Below, one piece after another: positions 8,302 to 18,418 of a stretch of 64,000 nt of DNA (positions within the stretch are counted from its first letter, which is position 1; every line of letters begins with the position of its first letter). The position numbers and the translations under genes were made by a program. The stretch is taken from the NCBI GenBank assembly GCA_963813535.1, contig CAWEZH010000002.1, positions 1,792,001 to 1,856,000 on the forward strand, given 5' to 3'. The DNA is from an uncultured Chloroflexia bacterium (GTDB lineage Bacteria; Chloroflexota; Limnocylindria; Limnocylindrales; CSP1-4). The notes under the pieces are model-generated. The model saw only the letters and a list, made by a program, of their open reading frames with translations. It had not been told where the DNA came from and searched no databases.

Positions 8302-9159
8302 TCAGCCGCCGGCGAGGTCGATGAGGAACGGGAAGACGTACAGCTTCGAGGTGATCCCGGCAAAACCAAGGGCCGTGAACGCGGCCAACTGCGCGGCGAA
8401 AGCGAGCAGAAGGAGTCGGTCGGCCGGGTCGTACCTGAGTTCGCGCAGCCATGACCGGCGGCCGGTCCCGAACGCACGCAGGTCCATCGCGTCGATCGTG
8501 TCCTCGGCGCCGGCGATCGCGTTGACGACCGTCGGCACCACCACGGGCGTCGACCGCCGGAGCCGCGACAGGAAGCCGGTCGCACCCGCCGACCAGTCGA
8601 AGCCGCGGATACGCTGCGCGTCGACCGTCGTCTGGAAATCTGCGGCAAGCGACGGCAGGAACCGGAACGTCAGGTCGATGCCGAACGCGAACTTCTCGGG
8701 GACACCGAGACGTCGGAAGGCGACGCCGAAGTCGGACGGCGCGATCGCGAAGGCCACCGGGAAGCCGATCGTCGCCATCGCGAGATAGCGCGTGAATTGG
8801 GTCACCGCAAGGCTCACCGACTCCGCGGTGATCGGCGTCCCGAGGATCGGCAGGGTGAACAGCAGGTGGTGCTCGGTCGGCGGCAGGCCCTGGACGTCAC
8901 CGCCGAAGACGAACAGGTTCACGCTGACCAGCAGGCCGATGAACACGAACACGACCGTCCAATTGCGCCGGATGTGCTTCCAGGGGATGCCGGCGGACCG
9001 GTAGTACACGACGGCCACGCCGAGGAGCAGGAGCAGGAAGCGTTCGTCCCAGACCTGCAGGACCGTGAAGATGTAGAGCGCGACGACGAGGATCAGGACG
9101 CGGGGATCGCGACGTGCAAGCCACGATCCCCGGCCCAGATACCGCGGGGCGATGTTCAC
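8302..9159 (-). CDS. ECF transporter transmembrane T component
   Basis: DPRV, FRFLP, AQRIRG and AMDLRAF coupling motifs. Confidence 0.9.
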   Translation of the reverse strand: MNIAPRYLGRGSWLARRDPRVLILVVALYIFTVLQVWDERFLLLLLGVAVVYYRSAGIPWKHIRRNWTVVFVFIGLLVSVNLFVFGGDVQGLPPTEHHLLFTLPILGTPITAESVSLAVTQFTRYLAMATIGFPVAFAIAPSDFGVAFRRLGVPEKFAFGIDLTFRFLPSLAADFQTTVDAQRIRGFDWSAGATGFLSRLRRSTPVVVPTVVNAIAGAEDTIDAMDLRAFGTGRRSWLRELRYDPADRLLLLAFAAQLAAFTALGFAGITSKLYVFPFLIDLAGG

Positions 9160-9190
9160 GAGTCGGCCCCGCGATGCGTGCGCCCAGCGC

Positions 9191-9781
9191 CTAGCGGCCC
9201 AGCTGGGCCTTCACCGGCTCCCAGGCGTAGACGAGGATCGGCACGAGGATGATCGTCCCGATCAGGTCGCCGACGATGACCGGGATGTACAGGGTCGTGA
9301 GGATCGTCCCGATGTCCATGCCCTGGAGGATCGCGTCGGTGAACACGAACAGGAAGCCGATCACCACCGCGATGGAGCCGGCCACGGCGCCGCCGATCGC
9401 GCGGTCGCGGAGCGAGCCGTTCGTCCAGCGGGCGAGATACACGGGGGCGAGGCCGGCGATCAGGCCGACCAGGCCGTTGGCGATGCTCCAGTTCCAGGAC
9501 GTCAGTGCGCCCCAGCCGGAGATCTGGTCTCCGATGGCGTTTCCGACCAGTCCGGTGAAGAAGCCGACGATCGGGCCGAACGCGTAGCCGAAGAACGGCA
9601 CGAGCGCGAACGCCGGTCGGACCGAAACGGTGCTGCCGGGGATCGGCACCTGGGCGACGAGCAGGATGCCGTACAGCGCCGCGCCGATGGCGGAGTAGAC
9701 GATGGTCCGCGACGTGACCTCCCAGAGGCGATCGCGATCCATGGTTGTGGTCGTCATGGTTTCCATTCCCTCCTGTGACAC
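9191..9781 (-). CDS. ECF transporter substrate-binding S component (MtsT/UPF0397-like)
   Basis: AIGAAL, FGPIVGFFTGLVGNAIGD, WNW; about 6 TMs. Confidence 0.88.
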   Translation of the reverse strand: MSQEGMETMTTTTMDRDRLWEVTSRTIVYSAIGAALYGILLVAQVPIPGSTVSVRPAFALVPFFGYAFGPIVGFFTGLVGNAIGDQISGWGALTSWNWSIANGLVGLIAGLAPVYLARWTNGSLRDRAIGGAVAGSIAVVIGFLFVFTDAILQGMDIGTILTTLYIPVIVGDLIGTIILVPILVYAWEPVKAQLGR

Positions 9782-9800
9782 AAGCGTGAAAGCTTCCGAT

Positions 9801-11535
9801 TCAGTGCTCGGTCAACAGTTCACCTGCCGCGGCCTCCCTTCCGGGCCCTCGTCGTCGTCCCGGGTCCTGGGCGATGACCCGGCGCGCAAGCGATTCAGCA
9901 TCGAGGAACTTCCCATCCCTCGCGCCATACCGTGTGTTCGCCTCCATCAGCGAGGTCACTCGCAGATCGCACGCCCTCCAGCGCGCCGTGTCGGCGATCA
10001 CGTCCATCGGGGCTCCGTCGGCGATCACCCGACCGTCCCGAAACAGGAGGATACGGTCTGCATGCGTCAATGCAAGGTCCACGTCATGCGTGACGAAGTA
10101 CAGACTCTCCAGACCCGGGATGGCCACGACCTCGCGCATGAACGCGTGGGCCGTCCGGTGATCCTGTCCTGCTGACGGCTCGTCGAGGATGAGCGTCGCC
10201 GGCCGGAGGGCCAGGGCGATGGCCAGCGCGAGGCGTTTCTGCTGGCCGAACGACATCGCGAGCGGAGGCCGCTCGCGCACGTCTTCGAGGTCGGCGAGGG
10301 ACGTCCGCCGCAACACATCCTCGACCAGCGCCTCGAATGTTTCTGGATCGCGCCCGAGCATGCGTGGTCCGAAGAGCAACTCCTCTTCGACCGTCCGAGC
10401 GAACAGCATCTGGCTCGGGCTCTGGAACACGTAGCCGAACGTTTCGACCAGGTCGGTCGTGCGCCGGTCGGCGATCGTCCGGCCGTCGACGAGGACCGCT
10501 CCGCCGCTGATGCCGAGCAGTCGCATGGCCGTGCGGAACAGGGTGGTCTTGCCCGAGCCGTTCGGCCCGAGGACCGCGACGGTCTCCGTGGCGCCCAGCC
10601 TGGCATCGACCCCGAGCAGGATCTCGGTATCCATGATCGAGGCCGTGACATCCCGGAATTCGAGACGTGGCGGACGCTCGTCCTGCTTCTCGGGGAGCTG
10701 GCTGCGGCGTCCCCGGCCGCGGTTCTGGTGCCGTCGGTGGTCTGTCGTCCGGTGATGTCTCGGCGAGCCGTCGCACGACCACCTCGAACGGCAGCTTGAC
10801 CGACTCCGGGTCGGCGACCTCGAGGAACCCCGCCACGGGACCGATGTAGCGGGTCGATCCGGTTTCGAGATACAGGACCCGGTCGGGCCGCAGGTCGAGC
10901 GACTCCTCGACGCGGTGCTCGACGATCACGATGGCGCTGCCCTCGTCGGCGAGCGATCGCAGCAACGCCAGCAGGCGCTCGGCCGTCGCCGGATCGAGAT
11001 TCGCGAGCGGCTCGTCGACCACGAACAGGCGCGGGCGCAGCATCAGGATCCCGGCCACGGCGAGCAGCTGTCGCTCGCCGCCCGACAGCGCGCTCGTCTC
11101 GCGACCGAGCAGCCGGTGGATGCCGGCCTGGTCGGCGACCTCGCGGATCCGTTCGCGGATCTCCTCGCGCGGGATGCCGAAGTTCTCCGGCCCGAACGCC
11201 AGCTCCGCCTCGACCGTCGCCCCGACGATCTGCTTGGCCGGGTCCTGCAGCACCGTCCCGACCGTCCTGGCCAGATCGCGCAAGCGCAACTCCCGCGTGT
11301 CCTGCCCGTCGACCAGGATCGAGCCGCTGAGCTCGCCCGAGTAGGCGTGCGGGATCAGGCCGTTGATGGCCCGGATGAGCGTGCTCTTGCCGCAACCCGA
11401 CGGACCCGCCACCAGGACGACCTCGCCGGGCGACACGTCGAGCGAGACGTCGCGGATCGCCGGCTCCGAGGCGCGCCGGTAGCGAAAGGTCAGGCTGTCG
11501 ATCGCCACGATCGGCGTCGAACCAGGGTCGGTCAC
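9801..11535 (-). CDS. ECF transporter fused double ATPase (+1 frameshift near 10690, probably a sequencing error)
   Basis: Two ABC domains: GPSGCGKST/LSGGE/DEP and GPNGSGKTT/MSFGQ/DEP; GTG 11535 overlaps upstream TGA. Confidence 0.88.
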
Positions 11536-12378
11536 GCCTCGAGGACCTCGATGCGGATCGGCGTATCGATCTGGAGCCCGAAACGCTCCGCGGCCGAACC
11601 CTGGTTGACGGCGATCCCGAGGCCGCCGTAGTCGGCGTCCTCGTACAGGAGCGGCTCGCCGGCTGCGACCTCGCCGAACGTGACGTGCCACGGGACCACG
11701 ACGCCCGGCTCCGGGATCGCTCCGCCGGTCACCAGGAACCACCGACCCGCAAGCGACGCCGCATCCGGCGCGATCCCCGCGGCGCGTGCGAGGTCCTCCG
11801 GCCGGCCCGCCAGCCGGGCATTCCCGAACGAATCGATGAACAGCACGGCCGTCTCGAGGATGCCCTCGCCGACCCGCGGCTCCGGGAAGGTGATGTCGGT
11901 CAACGTCGCGGGATCGACCGCGGGACCCACGCCCTCCAACGACAGCCCGACGGCGAGATGCGCGGCGATGGGCGAGAAGATGTCTCGCCCGTGGAACGTC
12001 GATGAGACGGGGTCCAGGAAGAGCTCGGAGGACGTGATCTCATGGGCGGCCTCGAGGCCCCCGAGGGCGCGGGCGGCCGGCATCAGCAGGCCGTTGTCGG
12101 GCCCGACCAGCACGTCGCCGCGCCGTGCCCGGACCGCGATCGGCCGCCGTGCGGTCCCGACACCGGGGTCCACCACGGCCAGGTGGACGCCCACGGGCAG
12201 GTAGCCGACCATCCGCGCCAGCAGGAACGCGCCGTCACGCACTGCGTGCTTGCGGACCCCGTGGGTCAGGTCGAGGATGCGCGCGTCGGGCGCGATGCCC
12301 CACATCACGCCGCGGCACACGGCGGGTGCCGATTCGCGGGCCGAAATCGGTCAGGAACGAGATCAGTGGGCCGGCCAT
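11532..12378 (-). CDS. SAM hydroxide adenosyltransferase (DUF62, fluorinase/chlorinase superfamily), paralog 2; +1 frameshift near 12337
   Basis: MAGPLISFLTDFG then VVDPGVGTARR, GPDNG, STFHGRDIF, IDSFGN. Confidence 0.88.
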
Positions 12379-12400
12379 TCGGGTCGGTCTGGGTGGGCGT

Positions 12401-13225
12401 CTAGGCCGCGCGGATCCGCGCCGGTCGATCGAGCTCCAGGCCGAGCCGGCGCGCGGCGTCGCCCTGGTTGTCGGCCAGCGACAGCTGCCCCTCCGAGTCC
12501 GCCATCAGCAGCGACGAGCCGACCGGCACGCGCCCGAACGTGCGCTCCCAGACGGTCCGTTCCTGGATCGGCCCCGAGCCGTCGTACGCGGGGAAATCGA
12601 TGACGAGATCGCGACCCGGCTCGAGGGGTCCGACCGCGGCGACGAGATCATCCGGCGTGCCCGCAAGCGTGACGTTCCCGAAGATCAGGATGTTCGTGAT
12701 CGATGTGTCGAGCACGCCATCGCCCACCGTCGGGCGGATGTCGGGCAGCCGGACCAGGTCGTCGATCGGCACGGTCGGTCCGACCGACTCGAATGGCACC
12801 CCGTTGGCGAGGTGGGCGGCCATCGGCGAGAAGATGTCTCGGCCGTGGAAGCTCGACGTGATGACGGGCAGCATCAGGGCGCGGTTCTCCAGGACACGCG
12901 CCTCGACGATCCCGCCGAGGGTCTCGGCGGCGCTCACCAGCAATCCGTTGTCGGGACCGATGAGGACGTCGCCTCGGGCGACGCGCAGCGCAACGGGTAG
13001 CCGCTCCGTACCGACACCCGGATCGACGACGGCGACGTGGACGCCGACCGGCATGTGCTTCAGGGCGAAGTCGAGGGAGCGGGCACCGGAACGGATCGAG
13101 TACCGCGGCACCTGGTGGTTGATGTCGATGATGTTGGCGTCCGGGGAGATGCCGAACATCACGCCGCGGCAGACGGCCGGCGCCGACGGCCCGAAATCCG
13201 TGAGGAACGTGATGACCGGGCGCAT
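12401..13225 (-). CDS. SAM hydroxide adenosyltransferase (DUF62), paralog 1
   Basis: MRPVITFLTDFG, VVDPGVGTER, GPDNG, SFHGRDIF, DNQGDAA. Confidence 0.9.
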   Translation of the reverse strand: MRPVITFLTDFGPSAPAVCRGVMFGISPDANIIDINHQVPRYSIRSGARSLDFALKHMPVGVHVAVVDPGVGTERLPVALRVARGDVLIGPDNGLLVSAAETLGGIVEARVLENRALMLPVITSSFHGRDIFSPMAAHLANGVPFESVGPTVPIDDLVRLPDIRPTVGDGVLDTSITNILIFGNVTLAGTPDDLVAAVGPLEPGRDLVIDFPAYDGSGPIQERTVWERTFGRVPVGSSLLMADSEGQLSLADNQGDAARRLGLELDRPARIRAA

Positions 13226-13253
13226 CGGCGGATGGTACCAAGGCCCCGGACGC

Positions 13254-13293
13254 GTCGAAGCGGTGCCGGGAGGAGGTTCGGCACCGCTTCGAC
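13254..13293 (-). terminator. 15-bp perfect hairpin with CCUCCUCC loop on the minus strand
   Basis: GTCGAAGCGGTGCCG/CGGCACCGCTTCGAC; lies 3' of a small minus-strand ORF. Confidence 0.6.
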
Positions 13294-13347
13294 TTTCGAC
13301 CGTTCGGACCGATGAGGACGGGCCGGACGACCGGGATGTAATCGCGA

Positions 13348-13720
13348 TCAGTGCGGTCGGGCGCGGCCCTCCGTCGGACGGTCCGAAACGACCGGCCTGG
13401 ACGAGCGCCCGCAGGAACAGCAGGTCATTCACCTGGCGGAGGGACCAGTGGACCTCCGCGATCGGGATGCCGCACATGAATGCGGTCAGCGTTGCGGCCT
13501 CGTCAGGCGCGAGACCCCGACTCACGAGATGGCGGTAGGTCGAGCGCGTCACCAGCTGGGTCGTCTCGTCCCTGGCCTGTGTCGAGCTCGCGGAGCGCTT
13601 CGGGATCGTGGCCGCGGAGCCACGTCCTGCCGAGGACGCCGCCCCTGCCGACGATGCCGACGAAGCGCGGCGAAGCGATCGCCCGCGTTCCCGTGAACCT
13701 CGCTGCACCGGCCCGGCCAT
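13348..13720 (-). CDS. small hypothetical protein (a probable +1 error near 13360 hides the TGA at 13348-13350)
   Basis: Protein-like core TYRHLVSRGLAPDEAATLTAFMCGIP...WSLRQVNDLLFLR; start uncertain. Confidence 0.5.
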
Positions 13721-13902
13721 GTCCCACAGGACCCTCGTGTCTCTTGGTTCCGCCACGGACAGTCCGGTGCGGTACGGGGCATGCTGGTCGCGAGGCTGTC
13801 GGGTCGGCATGACCCATCGGTCCTATGCCGACGGTACTTCCGGCGACGACCCCGGGATGGTGACCTCGGGCAACGGACCGAGGGGTCGGTAGACTCCGCG
13901 CT

Positions 13903-15099
13903 GTGCGTGTACGACGGCTGGGATTGCGACTCATCGGGCTCGGCCTGGTCGGCGCGTGGGGCCTGGCCGCCGCGCTGATCCTCCTCGCGTATCGACCTGG
14001 TGGGCCACTCGACGTGGCGGTGGGGATCACGATGCTGGTCCCGCTCGGCATCGCCGCTGCCAGCGTGGTCTGGCCGCCGCTGACGCGGCGCGAGATCACC
14101 CACGCGGCGATCGTCGTGCTCGGCCTGGCGACGCTGCTCGTCCTGCTGCCGTCCATCGGCGGTGTGTGGAACCAGCTCCAGGCGCTGGGCTCGCAGACGC
14201 TGATGCCCTCGCTCGAGGCGGCGTACCCCTGGCTGCTCGCGCTCATCGGGACGAGTCTCTACACCGGGTTCGGGCAGGCGCGCAGGATGATCAGCGGCAC
14301 CGCCGGCCGTCGGCGCCGGATCCGCGTCGGGGTCGGGATCGCGGCCGCCCTGACGCTGCTGGCCGGGACCGCGTTCGGTGGCGCCGCCATCGCCAACGAG
14401 CTGACGCTGCGCGACCTCGATCGGCCGACACGAGCGTCGCGGTTCGGGCCGACGGAGCTCGGTGCCGGTACCGAGCCGCCGCACTGCGATGGCCGCCTCG
14501 TCGCCGGTCTGACGTCCCGCCTGACCGCCCATTTCGCCGGTTCGATCGACGGCCGCCAGAGCGGGACGGTCGACCTCGCCGGCCAGCGCGCCGCGTCTGA
14601 CTTCCGCTGGCTGGCCTACGTCGCTACCAACCGCGAGCTCGGACAGTACGGCCAGGCCCGGCACGGCGACGTCGCCTGGATCCGTACGCCGGTCGGCGGT
14701 TGGCAGCGCGCCACGGTGGCGTCGGTGGCCGATTCCACGCTCGACCTCCAGACCGTCCGCCACGCCCTCAACCCGGGGGCGCGGGCAGCCGCCGAGGACT
14801 ATGGCATCGAGGTCATCGAGCGGGCGCCGGCGAGGCGTTGTCGCGTATCGGTCGATGGACCGATATTCCGGGCCAGCTTCCCTCAGGTTCGGTGGCTCGT
14901 CGGCGATGACGACCTCGAGCACTGGCGTGGCCAGCTCGACTACTGGGTCTTCCTCGACGGCGCGCTCGGACAGGTGGCGGGGTCCGTCAACGGTGAGGGC
15001 GGCGGCCTCGAGGACGAGGCCATCCAGGGTCGAGTCGAGGTCTTCCTCACCGCCACGGATCGGGGCCGCGACAGCGTCATCCACGCGCCGGCGCCATGA
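13903..15099 (+). CDS. hypothetical membrane protein (about 5 N-terminal TMs + extracytoplasmic beta-rich, LolA/LppX-like domain)
   Basis: Hydrophobic N-terminal half; beta-rich C-terminal half with two Cys; TAGACT 7 nt before GTG. Confidence 0.65.
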   Translation: MRVRRLGLRLIGLGLVGAWGLAAALILLAYRPGGPLDVAVGITMLVPLGIAAASVVWPPLTRREITHAAIVVLGLATLLVLLPSIGGVWNQLQALGSQTLMPSLEAAYPWLLALIGTSLYTGFGQARRMISGTAGRRRRIRVGVGIAAALTLLAGTAFGGAAIANELTLRDLDRPTRASRFGPTELGAGTEPPHCDGRLVAGLTSRLTAHFAGSIDGRQSGTVDLAGQRAASDFRWLAYVATNRELGQYGQARHGDVAWIRTPVGGWQRATVASVADSTLDLQTVRHALNPGARAAAEDYGIEVIERAPARRCRVSVDGPIFRASFPQVRWLVGDDDLEHWRGQLDYWVFLDGALGQVAGSVNGEGGGLEDEAIQGRVEVFLTATDRGRDSVIHAPAP

Positions 15100-16121
15100 C
15101 CTCCCGCTTCGACGATGACGTGATGGAACCCGAGGAGCGCCCGTTCGGCAAACGCGATCGGCTGGCTCGGATGCTCCGGGTGGTCGCCGTGCTACGCGGT
15201 CATCCTGAGGGCATCCGACCGGCCGAGATCGCTCGCCGTACGGGTGTGGCGACGCGGACCGTCTATCGCGACCTCCGCGCCCTCGAGACCGAGGTCGGCG
15301 TCGCCGTCTGGTCGGAGGACGGGCTGTGGGGCGTCGTCGGCGAGGAGTTCCTGCCGCCACTCAAGCTCACACTCGACGAGGCGATGGCCGTCGTCCTGTC
15401 GGCGCGGCTGATGGTCCGCTATGCCGACAAGTACGACCCCGATCTCGCGGCCGCCTTCGAGAAGCTCGAGGAGGTCCTCCCCCGACCCCTGGCAGAGCAC
15501 GTCGAACGGACGCTGGACGTGCTCGCCCAGCACCAGCGCGATCCCGCCTTCAGCGAACACGTCCATCGACTCACCCGGGCATGGGCCGAGCGCCGGGTGG
15601 TGACCCTCGAGTACGAGCCGGCCCGCTACGCACCGGAGTCCGCTGCCAGACGTGCCGTCGTGCGGCCGTACCTGATCGAGCCTTCGCTGCAGACGCACGC
15701 CCTCTACCTCATCGGCTGGGACGAGACGAAGGACGCGCTGCGGACGTTCAAGATCGAGCGCATCCGGGATGTGGCGCTGACCCCGCGGACCTTCGAGCTA
15801 CCCGAAGGCGACGGGGTCGAGAGCGCGCTTCGGCGGGCGTGGGACATCATCGCCGACCAGCCGGCGACCGACGTCGTCCTCCGATTCTCGCCCTCGGTCG
15901 CGGCTCGCGTCCAGGAAGCGACGTGGCATCCGACCCAGCGCGTGGCGGTCGCCAAGGACGGCTCGCTGACGTGGCGGGGCACCGTCGCGGGGACCATCGA
16001 GATCCGCCTCTGGATCCTGTCCTGGGGTGCGGATGTCGAGGTCCTCGAGCCCGAGTCGCTCCGATTTGACGTTGCGTCGACGCACCGTTCTGCGGCTTCG
16101 CAGTACGAGACGGCGGGATGA
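15096..16121 (+). CDS. WYL domain transcriptional regulator (HTH-WYL-WCX, YafY/PafC-like)
   Basis: HTH GVATRTVYRDL; RRAVVRPY...LYLIGWD...RTFKIERI; WILSWGADVEVLEP. Confidence 0.92.
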   Translation: MTSRFDDDVMEPEERPFGKRDRLARMLRVVAVLRGHPEGIRPAEIARRTGVATRTVYRDLRALETEVGVAVWSEDGLWGVVGEEFLPPLKLTLDEAMAVVLSARLMVRYADKYDPDLAAAFEKLEEVLPRPLAEHVERTLDVLAQHQRDPAFSEHVHRLTRAWAERRVVTLEYEPARYAPESAARRAVVRPYLIEPSLQTHALYLIGWDETKDALRTFKIERIRDVALTPRTFELPEGDGVESALRRAWDIIADQPATDVVLRFSPSVAARVQEATWHPTQRVAVAKDGSLTWRGTVAGTIEIRLWILSWGADVEVLEPESLRFDVASTHRSAASQYETAG

Positions 16122-16188
16122 TGTTTGCCATGTGAGGTAGGGTTGGTGCTCGACACGCCACGTGATCCCCCACACGGAGGACGTGCCC

Positions 16189-16989
16189 ATGCACTCCACC
16201 TCACGCCGTCGGTGGCTGGCCGTCGCCATGCCCGCCGCACTGATCGCGGCCATCGCGATCACGGTCGTCGCCCCCACCGCGACCGGCACGTCTGCCTCGA
16301 CCGCCGAGTCATCCGTCATCGGATGGATCAACGCCGCGCGGTCGGCACGAGGCCTCGTCCCGCTCAGATATGACAGCGATCTCGCGTCGATCTCCGGGAT
16401 CCGCGCCAGCCGGATGGCGTCACGCAACGTGATGAGCCATACCGTCGGGGGCAACCTCACATCGCAGCTCAACGCCTATGGCGTGCAGTGGTTCCGCTAC
16501 GGCGAGGACATCGGCTGGTCGACCGCGTCGTGGCCGTCGACGTCGGCGAAGTCGATCTTCAATGCCTGGATGAGCAGCGCACCACACCGCGCGATGATCC
16601 TGAGCAACCGGTTCAACTACGTGGGCGTCGGGCTCGCCTATCGCTCGTCGGGTCACAGGACCTTCTCATCGGCGGTCTTCGCGGAGACGACCGACCACAC
16701 GAGGGCCGTCGCCCGGGTGACCCGCGCCACGCGATCCGGCAACGACGTCCGATGGTCGTGGAGCGGCTACGACCCGCGGCTGCAGACCCACACCGCCGGG
16801 CTGCGCAACTACGACGTGCAGTACCGCACGAATTACGGGGCGTGGCATCTGCTCCGGAACGACACGTCGCAGAGCTCGGTCACCATCTACAACAGGGGGA
16901 CCGGGACATACGCCGTCCGCGTGCGAGCCACCGACCGGCGTGGCAATGTGGGCGCATGGAGCAGCGAGGCTCGCATCCGGGTTCCCTGA
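16189..16989 (+). CDS. secreted CAP (SCP) domain protein with C-terminal fibronectin-III-like domain
   Basis: Signal peptide; INAARSARGL, GEDIG, WMSSAPHRAMIL, VGVG; YAVRVRATDRRGN; GGAGG RBS. Confidence 0.85.
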   Translation: MHSTSRRRWLAVAMPAALIAAIAITVVAPTATGTSASTAESSVIGWINAARSARGLVPLRYDSDLASISGIRASRMASRNVMSHTVGGNLTSQLNAYGVQWFRYGEDIGWSTASWPSTSAKSIFNAWMSSAPHRAMILSNRFNYVGVGLAYRSSGHRTFSSAVFAETTDHTRAVARVTRATRSGNDVRWSWSGYDPRLQTHTAGLRNYDVQYRTNYGAWHLLRNDTSQSSVTIYNRGTGTYAVRVRATDRRGNVGAWSSEARIRVP

Positions 16990-16996
16990 CCCGTCC

Positions 16997-18408
16997 ATGA
17001 GGCGGCACCCGTTTGCCGCCGTCAACCTGATCAGTGACCCGATCCACGGGTACATCGAGCTCACCAAGCGGCTGACGGCCGCCGAGTCGTCAGCCGCAGG
17101 TCTCCCGGCCGAGGACGTCGCCGAAGAGGACCTCCTCGACACGGCGTGGCTCCAGCGCCTTCGACGGATCAGCCAGCTGCAGAGTGCTCGGTGGGTCTTC
17201 CCGACCGCCGAGCATTCGCGCTTCACCCACGGTCTGGGCGTCATGCACGAGGCGGGCCTGTGGGCCCGCTCGCTCTATCCGAGCCTGCGCGCGGAGCTCG
17301 TGTCCGCGGGTGAGACCCCGATCCCCTCCGAGGGCCTGGTGACCGAGACGATGCGCATGGCCGGGCTGCTCCACGACGTCGGGCACGGGCCGTTCGCCCA
17401 CTTCTTCGACGACCACGTCCTGTCGGCGTTCGACGCACCCGATGATCCGCGCCGGCCCGACGCCAAGCGCCTCACCCACGAGGATCTCAGCGCCCGGATC
17501 ATCGGCGAGTCGGGCGACCTGCTGCGCGGGCTCCGACGCGCGCCGGGGGCGGTCGCCGAGCGCGACGCGCTAGCGGGACGATGAGGCGATCGACCCCGAC
17601 TGGGTCGCGTTCCTCATCGCCAAGCCTGCCCTCAGCGACCCGGGCATGCCGCGCTGGGTGCGCTGGCTGGCACCGCTGCTGTCTGGCGTGTTCACCGTCG
17701 ACAACCTCGACTACGTCCGGCGCGACGCGTACCTCACGGGGGTCACGGCGGGACCCGTCGACGTCGAGCGCCTGCGGCGCTACACGTTCATCGGCGCCGA
17801 GGGCCTGACGCTGTTCGAGCCCGGGCTCGGCGCCTTGGAGATGTTCCTGAGCTCCCGCCGGTTCATGTACCAGCAGGTGTACTTCCACCGGACGGTGCGG
17901 GCGATCGATCTCGATCTCGCGGACGTCTTCGGCCCGTCGATCGCGGCGATCTTCGGCGACGGCTCACCGGCCGACCGACTGCCGGCGTACGCCGACCTGG
18001 ACGAGTACGCACTCCTCCACCAGGCGGCGCGCTGGGCGCGCGGCCTCGACGTCGTCGACGCACGGGAGCGGTACTCCGGAGCCGGGTGACGGACGGGTGC
18101 AACGCCCGATCGCCGAAGCGTGGCGGGCGATCCTTCTCCGTCAGCCGACGTGGCGTGCGGAAGCCGAGGTCCGGTCGGAATACGAGGGCCGCGAGCCGCC
18201 GGCCCATGTCGTCGCGGCGCTCGGAGAGGCGGAGCCTGGTCGGGTCGCGATCGACCTGGCGGTCGTCGATGCGCGGCCCGCCGACGCGACCGCCACCGAC
18301 CGGCTGCTGGCCCTCGAAGGTCGCGACGGGCGGTCGATGTCGCTCGCCGCGGCGCTCGCCTCGATCCCGACGAACTGGCTGGTCGGCCGCCGCTACCGGC
18401 GGCGCTGA
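16997..18408 (+). CDS. HD-domain phosphohydrolase (dNTP triphosphohydrolase/SAMHD1-like); two +1 frameshifts near 17575 and 18062
   Basis: DPIHG, QRLRRISQL, HSRFTH, LLHDVGHGPF, DNLDYVRRD, MYQQVYFH. Confidence 0.85.
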
Positions 18409-18418
18409 ACGGCGGCCA

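Noticed and set aside
11532-13225. Fluorinase/chlorinase halogenating enzymes
   Set aside because: Both keep the Asp-Arg-His hydrolase signature (VVDPGVG..R, FHGRD) rather than the halogenase variants, and no halometabolite genes are adjacent
12401-13810. 469-aa fusion of an unknown domain to DUF62
   Set aside because: The linker crosses a strong hairpin and a leaderless -10 before ATG 13225; one inserted base explains the read-through
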